From Escherichia coli (GTDB lineage Bacteria > Pseudomonadota > Gammaproteobacteria > Enterobacterales > Enterobacteriaceae): a stretch of DNA of 64,000 nucleotides. The stretch's first letter is position 1. Each line of letters begins with the position of its first letter. Below, piece by piece: positions 57,866-64,000 of the stretch. Under the pieces are notes generated by a model that searched no databases, was not told where the DNA came from, and saw only the letters and a list, made by a program, of their open reading frames with translations. Location of the stretch: NCBI RefSeq assembly GCF_036507355.1, contig NZ_AP027877.1, one strand, 5' to 3'. Position numbers and translations under genes: made by a program.

Positions 57866-59508
57866 GATAATTTCTCCAACATTTCTGAATTACTGGCACC
57901 AGGCGGCACCAGCGGCCAGACGTTCTCAAGTTCGTCGATTGAGACATGAAGCAGGTATGGCCCATCACTGTTCAGCATGGTGTCGAGTGCCGCTTCAACC
58001 TGGTCTTTACGGGTGATGTGTTGGCCAGGGATGCCGAAGGCGCTGGCTAACATGAGGAAATCGGGGTTATCGGTAAGGGTGGTTTCGCTGTATCGTTCCT
58101 GGAAAAACAGTTGCTGCCATTGTCGAACCATCCCTAACCGTTGGTTATCGAGTAAGACGATTTTCAACGGTAACTGCTTGCGTTTTACGGTGCCCAGCTC
58201 TTGTACATTCATCATGAAAGAGCCGTCACCGGAGATACAGACGATGGTATCGTTCGGCCTCGCGACTTGCGCGCCAACCGCCGCCGGTAAACCGAAACCC
58301 ATGGTGCCTAAGCCGCTGGAGGTGATGAAATTTTCCGGGCGAGTGTGGGCGATGTGCTGGGCAGCCCACATCTGGTGCTGCCCCACATCAGTGGTCACGA
58401 CGCAATCCGCAGGTTTACGATCCGACAGTTGCTTTAACAACAACGGCGCGTAGATAGCGTCACCGGGATGATCGTAACGCCAGGCATGTTCATCACGCAG
58501 CTGTGCGCAGTATTGCTGCCAGTCATTGATATTTAATGGCTGCTGTAATGCTGGTAACAGAGCATTTAAATCACCCTGTAATGCCACATGTACCTGACGC
58601 AGCTTGTTCATTTCTGCCGGATCGATATCCATATGGATAACGCTGGCGAGTGGCGCGAAAGTGTTCAGTTTGCCGGTCACCCGGTCATCAAAACGTGCGC
58701 CCACAGCGATCAGCAAGTCGCACTCCTGCACCGCGAAGTTCGCCGCTTTGGTGCCATGCATTCCCAGCATTCCCAGATAGTACGGATAATCTGCTTCAAC
58801 TGCGCCCAGCCCTTTCAGCGTGCAGGTGGCAGGCATTTTTGTGGTAGAGAGAAATTCTCGTAAAGCAGGAACTGCCTGCGCCATACCCACGCCACCGCCA
58901 ACGTACAGCATCGGTTTTTGCGCTTTTGCCAGCATCTGGCGCGCTTGCTCGACTTCGGCATGGGGGAAAGTCACTTCGTTTTCAACGGTGGTGAACCACG
59001 GTTCCAGGTCGCCGCTGGCTAACTGGATATCTTTTGGGATATCGACCAGAACCGGACCAGGACGACCTGAGCTGGCAACGTCGAATGCTTCAGCCATGAT
59101 GCGCGGCAACTCTTCCAGCGACTGCACCAGGAAGCTGTGCTTAGTACAGGCTAACGACAATCCCAGGACATCCACTTCCTGAAATGCGTCAGTGCCGATA
59201 AACGGTGCGGACACTTGACCGGTGATGGCAACAACAGGGATAGAATCTAACAGTGCGTCCGCAAGCCCGGTTATCAGGTTGGTTGCGCCCGGACCAGACG
59301 TGGCGATACATACGCCAGTTTTGCCGGTAGCACGGGCATAACCGATAGCCGCCATTGCCGCGCCCTGTTCATGTCGGCACAGCAAGTGCTCCACGCCGCC
59401 GTCATACAATGCATCGTAAACCGGCATAATTGCGCCACCCGGATAACCGAAAACGGTGTTCACACCCTGTGCCCGCAACGCATGTACCACCCACTGTGCG
59501 CCATTCAT
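57862..59508 (-). CDS. ilvG: acetolactate synthase II large subunit IlvG, intact
   Basis: single uninterrupted 548-aa ORF; K-12 carries a frameshift here, so this is a non-K-12 background. Confidence 0.9.
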
Positions 59509-59590
59509 AGTTAGTTCCCCGTCCTGAATCTTGAGAAACAGAATTTTGTGCTGTTATTCATTGTCTGCTCCTCGGTTATGTTTTTAAGGT

Positions 59591-59625
59591 CAAAAAAAAC
59601 CCCCGGACCTTTCGGTGCGGGGGTC
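59591..59625 (-). terminator. ilv attenuator terminator
   Basis: minus strand GACCCCCGCACCGAAAGGTCCGGGGG hairpin followed by TTTTTTTTG, between ilvL and ilvG. Confidence 0.7.
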
Positions 59626-59647
59626 TTAGTTCGTTAAGGCTTGATCT

Positions 59648-59746
59648 CTAAGCCTTTCCTCGTCCAAGTGCAGCCCCGCACGGTGGGGTAATAATCACCA
59701 CCACGCTAATCACGACCAGGCTAATCACTCGTAGAAGGGCTGTCAT
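59648..59746 (-). CDS. ilvL: ilv operon leader peptide IlvL
   Basis: minus strand encodes MTALLRVISLVVISVVVIIIPPCGAALGRGKA, rich in Ile/Val/Leu. Confidence 0.8.
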   Translation of the reverse strand: MTALLRVISLVVISVVVIITPPCGAALGRGKA

Positions 59747-60098
59747 TTTGTCTTTTCTTGCATCTTGTTCGAAGGAATGCCTAAAGAGTTACCATAGATT
59801 TTGCGAATAGCACAAGATATTTTTTGGCCGTTTTTTATGATGGCTTTAATAATTTCAATAGAAATTGTTGTTTTTTAAAAAGAAAATAGTGAGTGAAAAA
59901 AATTCAATTTCAGTACGAATGTTGTTCCCTCCCTCGTAGTTCATCCTTTGTCCGCTGCATTTTTGCGAGCATCATTCCACCGCCAGAACAACTCAACTTC
60001 ACTTGCACAAATAAACAGGAATCAGCCACTAAAATTCACGAATTAGCGGGCTACAGCAGCGATATCTTATGCACATAATGGTGACTCAAGGAGGGCTT

Positions 60099-61619
60099 AT
60101 GTCACTGTCAATTGTTCATACCCGCGCAGCCCTGGGAGTAAATGCGCCCCCAATCACTGTTGAGGTACATATCAGTAAAGGTTTGCCCGGCTTAACGATG
60201 GTGGGCTTACCAGAAACAACGGTAAAAGAAGCTCGCGATCGCGTGCGCAGCGCCATTATCAATAGCGGATATGAATATCCGGCCAAAAAAATCACCATCA
60301 ACCTGGCTCCAGCCGATCTGCCAAAAGAAGGGGGACGATATGATTTACCTATCGCCATTGCGTTGCTGGCGGCCTCAGAACAACTTACAGCCAATAAGTT
60401 AGATGAATATGAATTAGTCGGAGAACTGGCGCTTACAGGCGCTCTGCGTGGCGTTCCCGGCGCAATCTCCAGTGCAACTGAAGCTATTAAGTCGGGCAGA
60501 AAAATTATCGTCGCGAAAGATAACGAAGATGAAGTGGGGCTAATTAACGGTGAAGGATGCCTGATAGCCGATCATCTGCAGGCTGTCTGTGCGTTTCTGG
60601 AAGGTAAGCACACTCTCGAACGCCCGAAACCAACTGATGCAGTATCCCGGGCGCTACAACATGATCTCAGTGATGTTGTCGGTCAGGAGCAAGGAAAGCG
60701 AGGACTGGAAATTACCGCCGCTGGTGGGCACAACCTTTTACTGATTGGACCGCCGGGAACAGGTAAAACAATGCTCGCCAGCCGTATTAATGGTCTTTTG
60801 CCAGATTTAAGCAATGAAGAGGCACTGGAGAGCGCTGCGATATTAAGTCTGGTAAATGCTGAATCAGTACAAAAACAATGGCGGCAGCGCCCGTTCCGCT
60901 CACCGCATCACAGTGCGTCGTTAACTGCGATGGTGGGCGGTGGTGCAATTCCAGGGCCTGGTGAAATTTCGTTGGCGCATAACGGCGTGCTTTTTCTTGA
61001 TGAGCTACCTGAATTTGAACGGCGTACACTGGATGCTTTGCGAGAGCCGATTGAATCCGGGCAGATCCATCTTTCACGCACACGAGCAAAAATAACCTAT
61101 CCAGCCCGTTTCCAGCTTGTTGCGGCGATGAATCCCAGCCCTACCGGACATTATCAGGGAAACCATAACCGCTGCACGCCAGAACAGACATTACGTTATC
61201 TCAACCGGCTCTCGGGGCCCTTTCTCGACCGCTTCGATCTCTCACTGGAGATCCCATTACCACCCCCCGGCATTTTGAGTAAAACGGTAGTGCCGGGAGA
61301 AAGCAGCGCCACCGTTAAACAACGTGTAATGGCCGCCAGAGAGCGCCAATTTAAGCGGCAGAATAAACTGAATGCCTGGCTGGATAGTCCGGAAATACGC
61401 CAATTCTGCAAACTTGAGAGCGAAGATGCGATGTGGTTGGAAGGAACGCTGATCCATCTGGGGTTATCGATTCGTGCCTAGCAGCGGTTATTGAAAGTTG
61501 CACGAACCATTGCTGATATTGATCAGTCTGACATTATCACACGTCAGCATTTGCAGGAGGCAGTTAGCTATCGTGCCATTGACCGTTTGCTCATCCATCT
61601 GCAAAAACTACTGACATAA
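60099..61619 (+). pseudogene. comM: comM (yifB; Mg-chelatase-like AAA+ ATPase) interrupted by in-frame TAG at 61479-61481
   Basis: ORF 60069..61481 stops at TAG; same frame continues QRLLKVARTIADIDQSDIITRQHLQEAVSYRAIDRLLIHLQKLLT to TAA 61617-61619; 460+1+45 = 506 codons, the length I recall for intact ComM. Confidence 0.65.
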
Positions 61620-61641
61620 AAAAAGGGCATTTCGCCCTTTT
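61620..61641. terminator. bidirectional hairpin terminator between comM and maoP
   Basis: AAAAAGGGC-ATTTC-GCCCTTTTT palindrome with flanking A/T runs. Confidence 0.6.
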
Positions 61642-61643
61642 TA

Positions 61644-61982
61644 TTAATCGTCAGAATCGGTGTAGTCTTCAGCACCTTCAACCTGCGGTTTACCGCCGGA
61701 AAGGGTGTGAAAACGTTTTGGACGCTTAATACGCGTCATATACTTAGACCACACGCGTTCTGCTTCTGTCACTGGCTCACGTTCGCCACGGCATACTGCT
61801 ACGAAGAGTTTCTCTTCCTCGGTAACCGGCTCGCGTTTGCCAAGATCCAACTCATTGAAGGCATAACCATGACGCTCAAGCAGTTGTGCCTCTTTGATGG
61901 TGAAATCACCATGACGAGAGAATCCACGTGGATAATGTTTATTGTCGAAATATCGATTAGTCGTCGTAAAGCTTTCCGCCAT
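61644..61982 (-). CDS. maoP: MaoP (YifE)
   Basis: 112-aa ORF at the expected position. Confidence 0.85.
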   Translation of the reverse strand: MAESFTTTNRYFDNKHYPRGFSRHGDFTIKEAQLLERHGYAFNELDLGKREPVTEEEKLFVAVCRGEREPVTEAERVWSKYMTRIKRPKRFHTLSGGKPQVEGAEDYTDSDD

Positions 61983-62100
61983 CCTGCACGCTCCTAATTC
62001 TTTGACCGAGCTAGTTATGGCGCGGAGTATTAGTTACGCTTGACAGAGTGTAAAACAAAACATTTAAATCATAACGACAAATAATTTTGCGGAGAGCACT

Positions 62101-62940
62101 GTGGATACGGAATTGTTAAAAACTTTCCTGGAAGTTAGCCGAACGCGTCACTTTGGTCGAGCGGCTGAATCGCTCTATCTGACCCAGTCAGCAGTGAGCT
62201 TTCGAATCAGACAACTGGAAAATCAACTGGGTGTGAACCTTTTCACCCGCCACAGAAACAATATCCGTTTAACCGCTGCCGGTGAAAAACTACTGCCTTA
62301 TGCAGAAACGCTCATGAGCACCTGGCAGGCCGCCCGTAAGGAGGTGGCGCATACCTCACGACATAACGAGTTTTCTATCGGTGCCAGCGCCTCATTGTGG
62401 GAATGTATGCTTAATCAGTGGCTGGGACGTTTGTATCAAAATCAGGATGCCCATACAGGCTTACAGTTCGAAGCGCGAATTGCCCAACGGCAGTCTCTGG
62501 TAAAACAGCTGCATGAACGCCAGCTTGATCTTCTTATTACCACTGAAGCGCCCAAAATGGACGAATTTAGTAGTCAGTTGCTGGGGTATTTCACTTTAGC
62601 GCTTTATACCAGTGCCCCTTCTAAACTAAAGGGAGATCTTAACTATCTGCGACTGGAGTGGGGGCCAGATTTTCAACAGCATGAGGCAGGTTTGATCGGT
62701 GCTGACGAAGTTCCCATTCTGACAACCAGTTCTGCTGAACTGGCACAGCAACAGATTGCGATGCTTAATGGTTGCACCTGGCTACCCGTCAGCTGGGCGC
62801 GTAAAAAAGGCGGCCTACACACCGTTGTCGATAGCACAACACTTTCGCGGCCGCTTTATGCCATATGGCTGCAAAATAGCGATAAAAATACGCTGATTCG
62901 CGATCTATTGAAAATTAACGTGCTGGATGAAGTGTATTAA
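62101..62940 (+). CDS. hdfR: LysR-family regulator HdfR (GTG start)
   Basis: 279-aa ORF with N-terminal HTH; first codon reads GTG. Confidence 0.85.
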   Translation: MDTELLKTFLEVSRTRHFGRAAESLYLTQSAVSFRIRQLENQLGVNLFTRHRNNIRLTAAGEKLLPYAETLMSTWQAARKEVAHTSRHNEFSIGASASLWECMLNQWLGRLYQNQDAHTGLQFEARIAQRQSLVKQLHERQLDLLITTEAPKMDEFSSQLLGYFTLALYTSAPSKLKGDLNYLRLEWGPDFQQHEAGLIGADEVPILTTSSAELAQQQIAMLNGCTWLPVSWARKKGGLHTVVDSTTLSRPLYAIWLQNSDKNTLIRDLLKINVLDEVY

Positions 62941-62999
62941 TCTGAATGGCTGGCAAGGATGCCGGTAGAAGGATTTACTTCAGAGAGGGTTATTTCAGA

Positions 63000-63029
63000 T
63001 AAAAAAAATCCTTAGCTTTCGCTAAGGAT
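63000..63029 (-). terminator. rho-independent terminator of the rrn operon (after trpT)
   Basis: minus strand ATCCTTAGC-GAAA-GCTAAGGAT hairpin followed by TTTTTTTT. Confidence 0.6.
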
Positions 63030-63035
63030 GATTTC

Positions 63036-63111
63036 TGGCAGGGGCGGAGAGACTCGAACTCCCAACACCCGGTTTTGGAGACCGGTGCTCTACCAATTGA
63101 ACTACGCCCCT
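63036..63111 (-). tRNA. trpT: tRNA-Trp (anticodon CCA, wild type)
   Basis: minus strand AGGGGCGTAGTTCAATTGGTAGAGC...anticodon loop CTCCAAA...CCA. Confidence 0.9.
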
Positions 63112-63119
63112 AATTAGGG

Positions 63120-63196
63120 TGGCGGAACGGACGGGACTCGAACCCGCGACCCCCTGCGTGACAGGCAGGTATTCTAACCGACTGAACTACCGCTCC
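63120..63196 (-). tRNA. aspT: tRNA-Asp (anticodon GUC)
   Basis: minus strand GGAGCGGTAGTTCAGTCGGTTAGAATACC...anticodon GTC...CCA. Confidence 0.9.
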
Positions 63197-63248
63197 ACCG
63201 AATTCTTTTACAACCACCGGTTTTATGACCGGCTTACTGCTTAATTTG

Positions 63249-63368
63249 ATGCCTGGCAGTTCCCTACTCTCGCATGGGGAGACCCCACACTACCATCGGC
63301 GCTACGGCGTTTCACTTCTGAGTTCGGCATGGGGTCAGGTGGGACCACCGCGCTACGGCCGCCAGGCA
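63249..63368 (-). rRNA. rrf: 5S ribosomal RNA
   Basis: minus strand reads TGCCTGGCGGCCGTAGCGCGGTGGTCCCACCTGACCCCATGCCGAACTCAGAAGTGAAACGCCG...GCCAGGCAT, 120 nt. Confidence 0.95.
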
Positions 63369-63460
63369 AATTCTGTTTTATCAGACCGCTTCTGCGTTCT
63401 GATTTAATCTGTATCAGGCTGAAAATCTTCTCTCATCCGCCAAAACAGCTTCGGCGTTGT

Positions 63461-64000
<540 letters not shown>

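Noticed and set aside
63036-63111. Possibility that trpT is an amber suppressor explaining the TAG codons in yigF and comM
   Set aside because: The anticodon loop reads CTCCAAA, i.e. wild-type CCA anticodon, not CUA; any suppressor would have to be elsewhere in the genome

Overview
This window reads as an Escherichia coli-type chromosomal backbone, in reverse orientation relative to the K-12 map, running yigI-rarD-yigG-yigF / corA / yigE / uvrD-yigB-xerC-yigA-dapF-lptM / cyaY / cyaA / hemCDXY / aslA-aslB / proM-leuT-hisR-argX tRNA operon / yifK / the complete ECA (wec/rff) cluster / rho-rhoL-trxA / rhlB-gppA / rep / ppiC / ilvC-ilvY-ilvADEMG-ilvL / comM / maoP / hdfR / trpT-aspT-5S-23S (rrn 3' end). 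All gene identities come from reading the supplied ORF translations and the DNA against remembered protein families; no database search was run, and coordinates I derived by hand may be off by 1-2 bp. The background is not K-12, because ilvG is intact. The backbone is interrupted by four things that stand out: (1) a ~1.7 kb AT-rich two-gene cassette inserted into the 3' end of corA and flanked by a 137-bp imperfect direct repeat of the corA terminus; (2) a ~3 kb insert between lptM and cyaY carrying two tandem paralogous secreted repeat proteins; (3) a secreted DUF62-type SAM hydroxide adenosyltransferase gene between yigE and uvrD; (4) a ~1.07 kb IS30-family (ISApl1-like) element splitting aslB. 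Separately, yigF and comM each carry an in-frame TAG exactly where a Trp codon is expected. The two mobility-gene-free cassettes (1 and 2) are the best candidates for an undescribed system, but their function cannot be assigned from sequence alone.
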